63,978 bases of DNA, filler included, from Olpidium bornovanus S191 (GCA_017911155.1; 28 parts of 28 records of this genome joined end to end with filler, not necessarily neighbours in it); one strand, 5' to 3'; counted from the whole stretch's first letter, positions 47,697 through 60,031 are shown. The notes: generated by a model from the letters alone, not told the origin. A program made the numbers and translations.

Positions 47697-50600
47697 AAGA
47701 AGACGACCGGAGAGCAAATCGGGGGCGGCCGGGGCCTCCCGAGACGGAGAGAGTGAAAGACTTCTTCCTCGCCCTGCGGGTGCCTCCGGGCGGTAAACCT
47801 GCTGCTGCACCCCCCCCCCCCCCCGATTCCCCCTCCGATTTCAACTCCTTTGCATTGTTTCGCTCTCTTTTGCATCGNNNNNNNNNNNNNNNNNNNNNNN
47901 NNNNNNNNNNNNNNNNNNNNNTTAATTAATTAANNNNNNNNNNNNNNNNNNNNNNNNNNNNNNNNNNNNNNNNNNNNCCAGCCGTTTTTTGCTAACGTCC
48001 CTCCCACGATGACAGATGTCTTGACGCGTTTTCACGTCGGCCATTAAAGATTTTTGAGTAAACAGTGTTTTTCATTTTCACTTGGTCCGTTCGTTTTCAC
48101 ATTCGTTTGGACCTTTTATTTGGCGGACAATTTGTTCGAACCGTTCGTAATTCGAATCTTCCGATAGACCATTCGTATTTGTTATTCGATTAAACCGTTC
48201 TTTTTCCATTAGTATCCATCATCTGGTGCTCCGTTAAGAATAAATGCGTGCTGCTTTCTCGAGCGTTGGGCGTTGGGTGCGGTGCGCGCCAACCATCTGG
48301 ATCTGTCACACGTTGCCAGAACTCCTCAGCTAGCACGCCCTGCGGATGCTTCTCCCCTCCTCCTCTTCCCGCGCTATCCATGATCAATAACAGCTGTGCC
48401 ATCTCGTAATCAAAATGGACATTTATGTCTTCGTTCTTTGTTCACACCAGAGGAGGCCGGGGGATGTTCTGAAATTCATTCAAAATTGCCTTTGTGCGTT
48501 ATGCTCCTCTGTGCAAGAGAAGGCGTTGGGATTTTATCTACCTCATGCGCATACTTATCCGCTTGCTTCTGCTCGCAGAAGGGCTTTTCCATTCACCACA
48601 CACCCAGAACCGCGTGTTTTCAGCAGGCTGCGCCAACCCGTCATGACACTAGCTCGCGCTGGCGTCCTTCCCTTGATGCGTTTCGCAATCTGGCGACTCT
48701 GATCGGCATGGACACATCCGCCTGGCTTTTTTTTTCTTGGTCCCGACCTTTTCGCTCCGCCGCCGGTCGCCCCGAATGCTCCAAGGGGGCGTACGTCGTG
48801 TTTTTCTACGCTTCGAAAATCCTTTCTGGAACCTGGTGCCGGGAATGAAATTCTCAGACGTTTCCCGTCCTCGAAAGCGACCGCGGTTTCCGTAATCCCG
48901 GCAATGGAGCTCCCTGGGAATAGCCGCCCTTCTGTGCCCTCCGCCCTCTCCACGCACGTCCTTCTTTCCCCGCTCCGGGGCCGCCGGGTTTGTTTTTTTG
49001 TACGGGAATCCTTGACCCCCTGGCGCCCCCAACCCCATCTGCGAAGTCCGCTGTACCCACGACACCCAATGAACGCAATGTTATAGCAACGCTTGAATTT
49101 ATCATTGAAGCAAGCAAGATCCAAAAATTTGATTTATACAATTTGTCTTTCGGTAAAAAGTGGATGGGTTATTATTTGTGTTTTAAGAGCGATAAACGTG
49201 TTTTAGAATAATGCGTTGGTATATTTGGAACGGGTGAAAAAGAGGACAAAGGGTAAGGGCGTTATGATTTGGTTTATTCAATTAAGATTTTTGAGGTGAT
49301 AAAAGGGTGATCTAGTTTAATTTGAGTTTAAATCCTTTTTTAAAAAAAAAATCAGGTTGGCTTGTTTGGGGGAAAGAACTGCTATGTAAGTGTATATAAG
49401 TACATTGGTGTGTTTGGAGGCGAAGGGATGAGGTTCAGAGGGATGAGAGTGAGGATGGGAGAGGAGAGGGGAGCGGAGTGAGGGGAGAGGAGTAAGGTAA
49501 GGGATGAGGATGGGGTGGAGTGGGTGTGCGGGTGTGTGCGAGGGGGTGTGCGGGGGAGGGGAGGGGAGGGCGGTGTGCAGGGGCGGGAGGGGGGCCTATC
49601 TGACAAACCTTAGGCAGGCGGATCCTACGGGAGGTGCGGGGGCGAGAGCGCGCTGCCCGGCATCAGGCCGGGGGCGGGGAGAGCGGGAGCACCGGCCCTT
49701 GCGGCAGCGTACCCCCGGTGGTCCCGGCCCGCAGGCCGCCCGCGGATGGCAGCCACCGGCCCTTGACCCTGGGGAGCCACAAGGCCCCGGAAAAACCGCG
49801 GCCAGCCGGAAATAGATCATCGGACTTTTCGAGGCCTTTTGTAAATCTGTGCGAGAGTCGATACGAAACAACGTGTGTTCAAAAAAAAATTCTCTCATTC
49901 CGAAATGCAGAGCGCAAATAAAAAAAAGGAAATATAAACGACGCGAAAAACTCACCAAGAGTGCGCCGCGCCGATGTGAATTGCAGCCGGCCCACCGGAC
50001 TGCCGACGCGCGCGCGCCAAAGCGGTTTCCTGGGAGTCCCCTGGGCTTGCCGGTGGCCTGCCCGATCCGCCGGGTCAGGGACAGCACCGGGTCCGCGAGG
50101 ACGCGCAGTCCTCGCCGCATGTGGGAGTGGCGGGGCGGGTGCTTTCTTTCTTTTCTTCGCTCGGACCTCTTCTGGGAGAGGCCTTCTGATCCCCGAGCGC
50201 GTGGGGTAGAGGGGCGAGGTGGAGGGGAGGGAAATGGGTTGTCGGCGAGAGAGAGAGAGAGTGCGGTCTTGACGAAGTCTTGGGGGGAACGCGTTATAGC
50301 GCCGCGTTGTGGGGGGCCTGGGGACGTGATTTTGGCGGGGAGGCAAACGCCTTTTATACCCGCGAGGGGCCCCGCCGGCGGGACGGCGGCGGGGGGCGTA
50401 GGCGAGACGTCCGCGCGCGACGGCCCGCTGGCCCTCCGCCCCTCCCCCAGCGCACTCACCGTTTGGGGCTGCGATTGGGCGCGCGCAGGTTAAATTGACC
50501 CTGCGTTTATGGCGTCGGGGGGTGAAAGGGCGAACCGCGCCGTGCGCGAATCCGACGGGGTTTTCCTATTTTTATGAAGGATGTGTGGGGGAAGGAACGT

Positions 50601-52559
50601 TCCGGAATGGGGACGCGTTTGGGCTGCGCGAATTTCCCGTAAGGGGGGGAGGGGGACGGCGAAAGAAGGGAGGGGGGGGNNNNNNNNNNNNNNNNNNNNN
50701 NNNNNNNNNNNNNNNNNNNNNNNTTAATTAATTAANNNNNNNNNNNNNNNNNNNNNNNNNNNNNNNNNNNNNNNNNNNNCTATGGTCGATGCAGATACGT
50801 GGATACGATGGTCGCAGAAGGTAGCTGGCTTTAAGTGTCACGCACTATACTCCCTGGTCGCCCTGGTCCGTCCACCCATCAAGCCGGCTCCACCCACATG
50901 ACGTTCCTGGGATTCAGGTTTCCGGTCCGGGAAGTTGCTTCCTGACTTCGGGTTGCAGCGTCCGTGATTTGGAGTCCTCCATCCGGTTCACAAGAGGCGC
51001 GCTGTAAGCGGTGCTTCTCTGTCTGCTGGCTTTTGTGGTCACGTGATGCACCAGAGACGCGTGCAACGGTTCCTACAATCGGTGGATACTACCTCAAGAG
51101 CTGGGTGCTCTTGCCGCTCGGAGTCCCCGCTAACGGTAGGAAGCAGTTTACCGCTGTTTGGAATTCTCTGCTTTTGACACTAGCAGGCACCTGGTCGGCG
51201 AAGTCACCAGCCATCAACTTGCCAGTGTAGGGCAAAATGGGGAACATTCCCGTAGGTCTGACATTTACGCATCGCGGCCGGCTCGAGAGGCTCCAACCGA
51301 GACCTGAAGTGAAAAAGCTGGGGATCGAGGCCAAGGGGTTCTGAGTCATTACGGGACTTTGTTGGTGCACTCCCTGGGGTTTTGGGTTTGCGGAACAGTT
51401 TGCCATTTCATCGCAGTATGCTAATGCAACTCACAGAGCGGCGGCGCCCACACGCAGCAGCTTTCAGCAAAAAAACCAGCAATATACGTATAATTGCATA
51501 ATTGTATACTATTCAACCTATTATTAACTAATAGATTTTCTTCCCCCCCCCCCCTCCCACCCGACTTCCAACGCGCGCAACATCCTTTTCCTGTTTGTTA
51601 CATTGTTGACCACAGCTTGTTATTCAACAAAGTAAAGGTCGCGGAATTCTGCGTCCCAAAAAAAAGAAAAAAAAAATTCTTCCTTTAACCCCAGTTAGGT
51701 TCCCGTTCTGATCACCTTGAGGCAGGCATTCTGGCGGATGAGGAAAAGGCGGGGGCCGCGCGCGATACGTTTTTTTTTCTTTTTTTAGTCTTTTTTCGAG
51801 GACGCCGCGCCAGTCGTCAGATTTTTGGCGACGTCCTCCACCCCCCCCTCCCCCCCCTTCCCCGACGCACACGCCACGCGCACGCACACACTCTCCTCTG
51901 AGGAATGTCGACGACGCGCTGCCTTGAGGTTTTTCCCGTGACAGACGCCCAGGCCTGCGCGGTCGAAAAATTCCGAACACTCGAAACTTTCTGGGCCGTT
52001 TGTGGTTTGGAGCTGCGCTCGCCGAGAATCGGCCAAACGGCCGGACGTCTCTGTGAAGTTCCGGGAGAAAATGTCCCCCCCCCTTCCTCCGCCTTTATTT
52101 TGGACACGAGGCTACCCCATCCGCAGGTGCCTGGCCGCACCAAATCTACCTCTTCCTCCCCCGCCCCTCTCCTTCCCCCGTCTCCCATTCCACGGCCGCT
52201 TGTCGAGGAACGAAAAAAGCTTTTCGTCAACATTTTCCCCGTGACACAAAACGTCACGGACGCGCGTTTGGGACGAGGAAGGGGGGCGGAAGGTGGGATG
52301 CGAGTGTAGGGAACAAAGGGTTAAAATAAAGGGGGAACCGAGGTGTAAGCGCACTGTCCCCACCACTCCCTGTCTTGCCCTTGTAGAATTGCAAATTACC
52401 CATCATGCAAGATACGCCCTTAATACAGCTTTTTTCGTCCTTCTTATCGCTGGCCCGTTGCGCTTCCGTCTTCCGGCGTCCAAAAATCAACAGAAAGTGG
52501 GCCACGCGTTTGCTTTTCTTTTTTTTTTTCCCGCAATAACGCCGTCAGCCGCACACCAG

Positions 52560-53345
52560 CGAGGGTTCATATTTGATGTAAATATGATTGCTTTTACGGG
52601 TGGCCTTGGCGTCGGCTGCTAATTAGGTTGCTTAGATATTATCAATCATGAGTTTCGTCGGTGCTGCCGTCGGTGCTTCATGATTTCGGATATCCACTGC
52701 GTTTCCGGGGCGGCGGCCAAACCAGCGACAAACTCCGCTTTACAAGAAAACATCGCAACGGATCTTTGGCGATATGATCGCCAGGAAATTATGCAAGGAC
52801 AATGGGCCCAGTAGTTGATGTGCGGGTTTCTCAGCATCCAGCCCAGTCCGCGTCACTGTAAGTCGTCAATCCCTTGGCGTGCTCATTCTTCAGCCCGTGA
52901 AAAAAGATCCCGTAGACGGCTGTTCTGGGAAGGTACCGTAATATGCCGCTTGACCGCACCCCAATGCCGTTCTGTCGGTTTGGCTGTGAATCTGGTGGGG
53001 AAGGAGATGGCGAAGGCGATATCTGGGCGCGGGCATAGTAGACAGCCACATCAATGAGCCAATTGTTTCTCCGTAGCGTGCCGCGTCTTTCTCGTTGGCA
53101 CTCGCTGCACCTTGTGAGAAGCGTTAGCGTTTCCTTCCAGCGGCGTCGGGGCCGGGTTCGCATCCTTCATCCCGAGTTTCTACAGTAGTCGCGAAACACA
53201 GTGCCTTTTGTCCAAAAGTCGTGCCTTTCGAATTTCATATACCCTTGACGCCTAGGATCAGAGACAGATCCCCTCCGTCAAACATTTTAAATCTGCTGGC
53301 CAAGTTGCTCTCAAATTCCTTGACAAAGGCTCGTTCGGGTTGGTA
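52560..53345 (-). mobile_element. Decayed Ty1/copia reverse transcriptase and RNase H
   Basis: RFKMFDGGDLSLILG, ILRYL...TYSDADWAG, ISWRSYRQRSVAMFSCKAEFVA and DN...LA...RKSNHIYIKY, with stops and frameshifts. Confidence 0.9.
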
Positions 53346-53481
53346 CCGTGCCCCATCTCCCACCTGAAACCCTTTTGTTTTCTCAAGTTGCGCTTCAGGC
53401 TGCGTTTCGGCGGTTTGCCCCCGGCCCCGCGCCCGTCCCCCGTTCTCTTGTCGGCGGGGTAGGAGCACCCACCGCAGGGTT

Positions 53482-53512
<31 letters not shown>

Positions 53513-53538
53513 GGGGTGGGGGGGTGTTGGTCACGTGA
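53513..53538 (+). mobile_element. Possible polypurine tract plus start of a 3' LTR (TGTTGGTCACGTGA)
   Basis: The 14-mer is identical to the inferred LTR start at 54547-54534, and a G-run precedes it. It lies in a noisy contig end. Confidence 0.35.
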
Positions 53539-53692
53539 TCCCCCGACCGGGCGGGGGTAAAAAAAAAGCCAAAACAAACGGCGAGAAAAAAANNNNNNNN
53601 NNNNNNNNNNNNNNNNNNNNNNNNNNNNNNNNNNNNTTAATTAATTAANNNNNNNNNNNNNNNNNNNNNNNNNNNNNNNNNNNNNNNNNNNN

Positions 53693-54216
53693 CATGAGTC
53701 GTGGCCAAACTCGAAGCTACCGAGGCAATACTTTCAGCGGGGGACGGGCCACGTCGGCGACGGTCTTCCCCGTTTTCGTCGCGGTCGTCGTTGCGGTCGC
53801 GTCGGCCCCGCGGCTTGTTCTCACGCATTGAAAGTGCCTTGAGTAGCTGTTCGATTTGGTTGTCCTAGCTCTTGCCGCGTCTGCTCGAACATACGACGAA
53901 CTTTTTCAGCCGAAACGAACTCAGAAGTGTTCTTCTCGATGGCCGGGAAGCCAGACGTGCTGGTTCTCTGAGGCTCGAGGCGTTCCACGGCTTGTGGAGC
54001 TGAGAACGGGAGCGGGGTCAGCTGCGCAGCGCTTTTCGGTCCGGGCTTCTTAGGACCGGACGACGCGCCCGACTCTGCTGCTGCTTTTCCTTTCTCACGA
54101 GAGGCAGAGGCGTAGCCAAGCCCAAGTTGAGAGTTTTTCGTACCGCGGCCGCCAAGGCGCGCCACGTCCTCCCTGGCCGCAAGCGCACGGGGGGAAGGGC
54201 TCCTCCCAACGGTCAT
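53693..54216 (-). mobile_element. Frameshifted ORF downstream of the LTR/PBS, possibly gag
   Basis: MTVGRSPSP...EQTRQEL / DNQIEQLLKALSMRENKP join across a 1-nt shift. The assignment rests on position only. Confidence 0.35.
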
Positions 54217-54392
54217 GGTCGATCCGATGTCGTAGGTTGAGCTTGTTGTTGGGAAGAGAAAAGCAGGAAAAAAAGAAACGTAAACAAAACAGGGTACGCT
54301 CCGGACAACGAGTTCCTCAAGCCCGTCGCCTTCCGGCCGGCCCCGTACTTGACAGGAAGGGAGGAGTAATCAAGGTCTCTCAGAGAATATTT

Positions 54393-54547
54393 GGGCTCAT
54401 AACCTCTGAGCTGAGCGGCTCAGAGGACAGTGGTGTACGGTCTGGTTTTGTTTACTTTTATTGTGTAATGGTAGAGCGACTATGGAACGCGTTTTAAGAA
54501 GCCCTGTTTGGCTGGGGTCACCCGAAATCAGAGTCACGTGACCAACA
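54393..54547 (-). mobile_element. Putative Ty1/copia 5' LTR (about 140 bp, starting TGTTGG, containing AATAAA) followed by the half-tRNA-iMet PBS GGTTATGAGCCC (54404-54393)
   Basis: The minus strand reads TGTTGGTCACGTGAC...CAATAAAAG...GCTCA-GA-GGTTATGAGCCC. Confidence 0.6.
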
Positions 54548-55379
54548 CAGAAAAGTCCGTCAACAGCAGACGAGCCCTGCTGGTCTGCAAATCTTGGTAT
54601 CGCAAACGATGCCCGCTCCTGGGGTGTCCATACATGTCTTGTGCGTTTTAGGCGCCGTGTGTGTGTGTGCCACGTTACGCATTGGTTGCGTCGCTCTTAG
54701 CCGCTAATTGGCCTAGCTCAGACATTAGTTGTCCGCTATTGGTCGCGGCCCCATGTGGGGGCGTTTTGGAGTGTGCCCCCTCTTTTGGGGGTTCCTGGGA
54801 CCCGGGTTCTCCAGCTTATCCCACACAGCGCACACACTGCGTGTGTATCAGGGCTGTAGGGCGCGGGGCGCCAATGCCATATCCAGAAGCGCTAGGTCGC
54901 CAATGCTCTAGCTATCTAGGCTTGTCTTCGCCAAGCGCACTCTGCGTGCGTATCGGGGTGGCAAAAAGGTGTGTGTGCCCAGCGAAAAGGCGGCGCACGG
55001 CGACCACTGCGGGAAGCCGCTGCTCAGTGATCACTGTGACACCCCCCCCCGATATCCCGGAACGGGAAGTCTCCCTAAAGGGGCCAGGGGTGGATTGGAA
55101 TGGTGCGGCGTGGTCCGCGGGCAAAGCTTAATTTCTGGCGGATATGAAAAGGGGCGGCCGCCGGCGGAGCCGTGCCCCGAGGAAACCCACGCACCGAGCG
55201 AAAAGACGGAAAAAACCAAAAAGGCAGGGAAGCCATGGTCGCTGGCGCCGCGGAAGCCGCAATTGCTTCCGTGCGCGGGAACTGGGATGTCGCCATAGAC
55301 TGGAAATCCGACGACACCCGTTGTGGTTTACGCACCAAGCTGGAGGTGGGTGGCCTTTGCCTCGTCGGTTTGTCAGCAC

Positions 55380-55506
55380 ATGCGCAACTCCGTCGTTGCG
55401 TCTCCTCCGTCTCCTCCGTCTCCGGGCGCGACCATGTGCTCTGGCGCACGCGCAACTCCGTCTGCTCCGATCCTCTCCGTCTCCTCCGTCTCCGGGCGCG
55501 CCCATG
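55380..55506. repeat. Imperfect about 70-bp tandem duplication (GCGCAACTCCGTC...TCCGTCTCCTCCGTCTCCGGGCGCG.CCATG)
   Basis: Two copies read directly. Confidence 0.7.
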
Positions 55507-55665
55507 CGCTTGAACGGGCACGCTGCCTAGTGACTTCCTGGGGTACGCGCGGACGAGGGATGCTGGCGGAGGGCCCCCGCGCAGTATGCCTAGTCTGTGG
55601 TATTCCCGGGTAGCTAGCGTAGAAGGCGTCCGAACAGGCCGTGGGGACGTCCGAAAAACGGAGGG

Positions 55666-55693
55666 CGCCACCTGTGGGACGCCACAGGTGGCG
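55666..55693. other. Perfect 12-bp hairpin CGCCACCTGTGG-GACG-CCACAGGTGGCG
   Basis: Exact inverted repeat with a 4-nt loop. Confidence 0.85.
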
Positions 55694-56096
55694 GCCTCAA
55701 CCGGAACATTGCGTTAGCGCTGCGGCGTTTTCTTGGCAGCGTCAACTGGGGCATTGCGTTGGCGCCGCATCTTGGCGCTTTCTTGCCACTTTGGCGGCCA
55801 TTCTCTAAGTTGTTCGCGCCTCTGCCCCTCCGCCTAGGCTCTCCTGACGCTCCTAGAAAACGTCCTCATGCCTGGCGCTTTGGAGGTGCTCCTCGCCAAT
55901 CGGGACGGCCTCCAATCCGCCGCCAAAACCTTCTTCGCGTGGCCAGCCGCTCGGAAAGTCTGGCCCCTGCTGGACAGTCAGATCGGCTCTCGGGGGACGA
56001 AGTTTCAATTAAGAAGAAGAAGTCGCCATTGCCTGCAGCCCAACGCGGGCGGCGATTTTGCGCCGGGCGCCGGGCGGCGATTTTGCGCCGGGAAAG

Positions 56097-56127
<31 letters not shown>

Positions 56128-56830
56128 NNNNNNNNNNNNNNNNNNNNNNNNNNNNNNNNNNNNNNNNNNNNTTAATTAATTAANNNNNNNNNNNNNNNNN
56201 NNNNNNNNNNNNNNNNNNNNNNNNNNNAAATCGAAAGCACACGTCGCAGTTGAAATGTCTCCTTTTGTCTTGTTATTGATTTGCTCTTGATGTACCATCA
56301 TCAAAGATACCGCTGTTAACTTACTTTTTTTGCCAAACAGGAAACATGGGGGACACTGCGATCGCTTCGAAATCAAACCTCTTTTTTTGCTGTATGAGTT
56401 TAGTTTTGGGTTGTGCTTCGCCGTGATACCAACATGACACCTAAAGACCCGCCACGCGGTGGTTGTGTTTTGTCAGGAGTGACAGTGGGATGACTGTCCC
56501 GCTGCAATACCGCAATGTGGGGGGCGTCTCACGACATTTAATGGCGTCTTGGGTAGGAATGTCAAAGTACAAGATGTGGAACGGGGCAAAGAGGCATGTT
56601 GACATCGCGCAGTGGCATGGGGTGCGAGCTAGGAGAGCCTTCTATGTCGCGTCGATGTCGAAGGGGGACGGCTGTGTACGTTGGAGCTCCGGTTTTATAT
56701 GGCTTTACACCGGCGGACATGTGGCCGTTGCATTTTACCAAAAAAAAAGATTGCATATGGCGATTCGATCACTTGGATTCGGGATCTGAACCAGGGTCTC
56801 TTCACCGCACCCCTCAAGAGCCCGGCCTTC

Positions 56831-58252
56831 CTACTTTTTGGCCTCTAGTTTCACTCTGTGCCTGCGCACGCATTCGGTGCTGCAGTAACGGTACTGCAGC
56901 CGCTCGAAGGGCGTGGTTCCTGCCAAAGATCGGGAGCATTCGGCGCAGGCGTCCGGGCCGACGACGGCTGGTGCCGAGATCGACGTCGTCGACCCGCAGG
57001 ACGCCGCCGCCCGCATTCGCGCCTCGGCGGCCTGCGCCCGCCGTTCGCGATCCAGTCTCGCGCGGACCTCGGGGGACAGCCGGACTGCCTGCTGCTCCGA
57101 GCGGGACAGCGTTGGGAACGCCCTCTGCTGGGCGGAAGCCGCGAGCGGAGCGGAAGACGCGGACGCCTCCGATTCCACCGGAGCGGAAGCGGAGGCCTTG
57201 GCTTTCTCGTCCTTCTCTCTCCTCGCCTTCGCCTTCCTCTCTTTATCTTTCGTTCTGCGCTCTTTCGCTTTCCTCTCGTGTTCCTCCTCCATTGCCGGCG
57301 TCAGCGCGCTTGGCACGCGCGCCCCGGAAATCCAATCCCATTGATCAGGGTGGGACGCCATAAATCGCCGGAAAGCGTTCCGGACCTCCTTGTCCTTTGC
57401 AACTTCATACGCGGTCCTGCTGCGCGCCGGGTCAGGGCCCTCCGCGCCGGCCCCACCAGCGATCGTCGTCGGGTCGGCACCCTAAAATGACTCAAGTCAG
57501 CGGCACTTCAAAGGCTTCGGAAAGTCGCGCTAGTCGCAATCTCAACAGTTACCGACCAGCTCCAAGAGACGCTTTACCAGCTCCGCGCGGCCCTCGGATG
57601 ATGCTAGGTGTAGTAAGGTCGCGTTTCGGTGGTTACCTACCATGCCGCGCTGTGGCAACATGGCGTCCGGGCGAATGCAATGCTTCTCCAGATGGCGCAG
57701 CACATCTTCCGTGCGGCCCTTGCGTACAAGCCCCGTAAGTTTCGCAAGGACTTGGTCCTCTTTCGTTTCTGCGGCTTGTGAAACAATCGAATCATCCTGA
57801 GACGAAGAAGGTCCAACTGAAGCGAGAGAATCGACGGCATCCAGGACCTTTGGAACCGTAGAAACGAGGTCATTCTCAGCTGTTGAGATTGACTCGCCCA
57901 TGATTTTTATGGTCGTCAGCTCCTTGAACGAACGATTCAGCTCGTTGATGGTCTGCGTTTTCGCATATCAGTCGAAGGGTGAGGCTGGTAGCTGGTTAAC
58001 GTGATACTCAGGGAAACAATTAAGGTTTGCCTCTAACCGGCCGTTTGGTTGTGAACGGGAACTTTCTCAGCCGCGGGTCATCTAATTTGTTCAATTAAAA
58101 AATATCAAGCGCAGAGACGGCAAAATCAAGTAAAAGAAATGAATCAAATTGCCTGAAAACAAAGAATTCTTATATAGCTCACCAGGCTTCAGCACCTTTG
58201 AACCTTCTTCGCCGTCTCCAAAAATAACCCGGCGGTTGGCGCTTGGTGCATG
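56831..58252 (-). CDS. VMS1: ANKZF1/Vms1 ribosome quality control factor, C-terminal part
   Basis: HAPSANRRVIF, ankyrin TLLHLASSEGRAELVKRLLELGADPT, TAYEVAKDKEVRNAFRRFMASHPDQWDW, RERRAQAAEARM, and terminal Zn finger CAEC...TPFERLQYRYCSTECVRRH. Confidence 0.93.
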
Positions 58253-58371
58253 NNNNNNNNNNNNNNNNNNNNNNNNNNNNNNNNNNNNNNNNNNNNTTAA
58301 TTAATTAANNNNNNNNNNNNNNNNNNNNNNNNNNNNNNNNNNNNNNNNNNNNGGCGGCGGGGGGGGGGGGG

Positions 58372-58413
<42 letters not shown>

Positions 58414-58517
58414 CCTTTTCCGGGGCGCGGAAAGCGGCGGCCGGAAGGGGACGCCGCCCCCCCGGGAGCCGATCGCGCCCCGCGCCGACTTCTTCCCCTC
58501 CCGCCGTTTTGAACCTC

Positions 58518-60031
58518 CGTCCGCGCAGCGACAACCTCTGGAAGGCGCATCGGAAAGCCCTCCAGCCGGGCTTCGGGCCGACCCACCTCGCCCACGCCGC
58601 GGAGGCGTCTGATCTCGTCGGCGACGAACTCGTCGACCAGTGGTCCGCCTTCGCCGACGCGGTCGCCGCGTCCGCGGGCGGCGACCCCGCCGTCGTCGAC
58701 GTCCGCGTTGCCGCCGCGTGCGCCACCCTGGACGTCCTGGGCCACGTCGTCTTCTCCTACGGCTTCGGCAGCGTCAGGTCGCTCGCCGCGGGCGACGGCA
58801 GGGACGGGCGCACGTTCGGGACCGCGGCGCCGGTGCACGACCAGTTCGAGGCCTACGACGGCATCTTCCGGGTGATGGGAGGGCGCCTGTACGTCCCGAA
58901 GCCGCTGTGGGCCCTCACGGGCGGCACCGCGGCGGCCATGAAGCCTTCCAGGGACGCCGTCGTGAGCGCGGTGGCTTCCGTCCTGGAGGAGAAAAAGCGG
59001 GGCCGCTCGGCGGATAAGCCCGAAAGCCGGAAGGACTTCATGGACCACCTCCTCGACGCGGACAAGTTCACGGAGGAGGACGTCACCGACGAGACGATCG
59101 CCTTTTTCCTCGCCGGGTTCGAAACGAGCGCCAACACCCTCACCACCTGCATCATGTGCGTGGCCGAGCATCCGGAGGTCATGAAGAAGTTGCAAGAGGA
59201 AGTGGATCTCGTGCTCGGTCCGTCCGGAAAGGTTACCATGGACGCTCTGGCGTCTTTGAAGTACACCGAGCAAGTGATTGTGAGTGACGCGCGGACGCGC
59301 GACGTTCCGCAAAATGCGGTGTCCTTGCTTGTTTTGGTCGTTTTGTTTTCCTTTTCTTTTTTCCTTTTTTCTCTAATTTCTTCTTCTTTTTTTCCTTTTC
59401 TTATTTCCTTTTTTCTCTAATTTCTTTCTTCTTTTTTTCCTTTTCTTTTTCCCTTTTTTTTCCTTTTTTTCCTATTTCTTTTTCCTTTTTTTCCGTTTCT
59501 TTTTTTTGTGTTCTTTCCGTTTCTTGTATCCGTTTCATTCTTTTCTTTGTTTCCGTTTTTTATTTTCTGGTTTCCGTTTCTTCCTTTTTCATTGTTCCCT
59601 TTCTTTCTTTTTTTGGTTTCCGATTTTTTTTTCCCCCGCTATTTTTTTTTGTTTGTTTTCCGATTTTTCTTATTTTTATTTTCTTTTTGTATTTTCCTTC
59701 CGTTCTCCCGATCGGACTTCCGCATTTTTCCGACCGCAAAAAACGCCGGGAACACCCCTCTAGAAAGAGACGCTCAGGCTGCACCCGACGGTCCCGGCGC
59801 TGCGGCGGCACGCGGTGCGCGACACGACGCTGGGGGGCCACGCCGTCGCGAAGGGCACGGCGGCCGTAGTGTGCATCCAGGGCTTGCACCGGAAGAAGGA
59901 GTACTGGGACCGGCCGCTCGCGTTCGACCCGGACCGGTGGTCGCCGTCGGGCGCGGCCGCGTTCCCCCCAGGAGCGTTCCTCCCGTTCGGGGACGGGCCG
60001 CACAACTGCATCGGGCAGAAGATGGCCATGA
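58518..60031 (+). CDS. Cytochrome P450, internal/C-terminal fragment
   Basis: WKAHRKAL, I-helix FFLAGFETSA, K-helix KETLRLHP, FDPDRW, and heme motif FGDGPHNCIG. One T-rich intron at 59281-59763. Confidence 0.98.

Noticed and set aside
53513-54547. One intact LTR element spanning contigs 23 and 24
   Set aside because: A linker separates them and the orientations are inconsistent, so only family-level similarity can be claimed.
55270-55345. Gypsy RNase H motif suggested by CRHRLEIRRHP
   Set aside because: The flanking ELLA and TDH motifs are missing, so this may be chance similarity.
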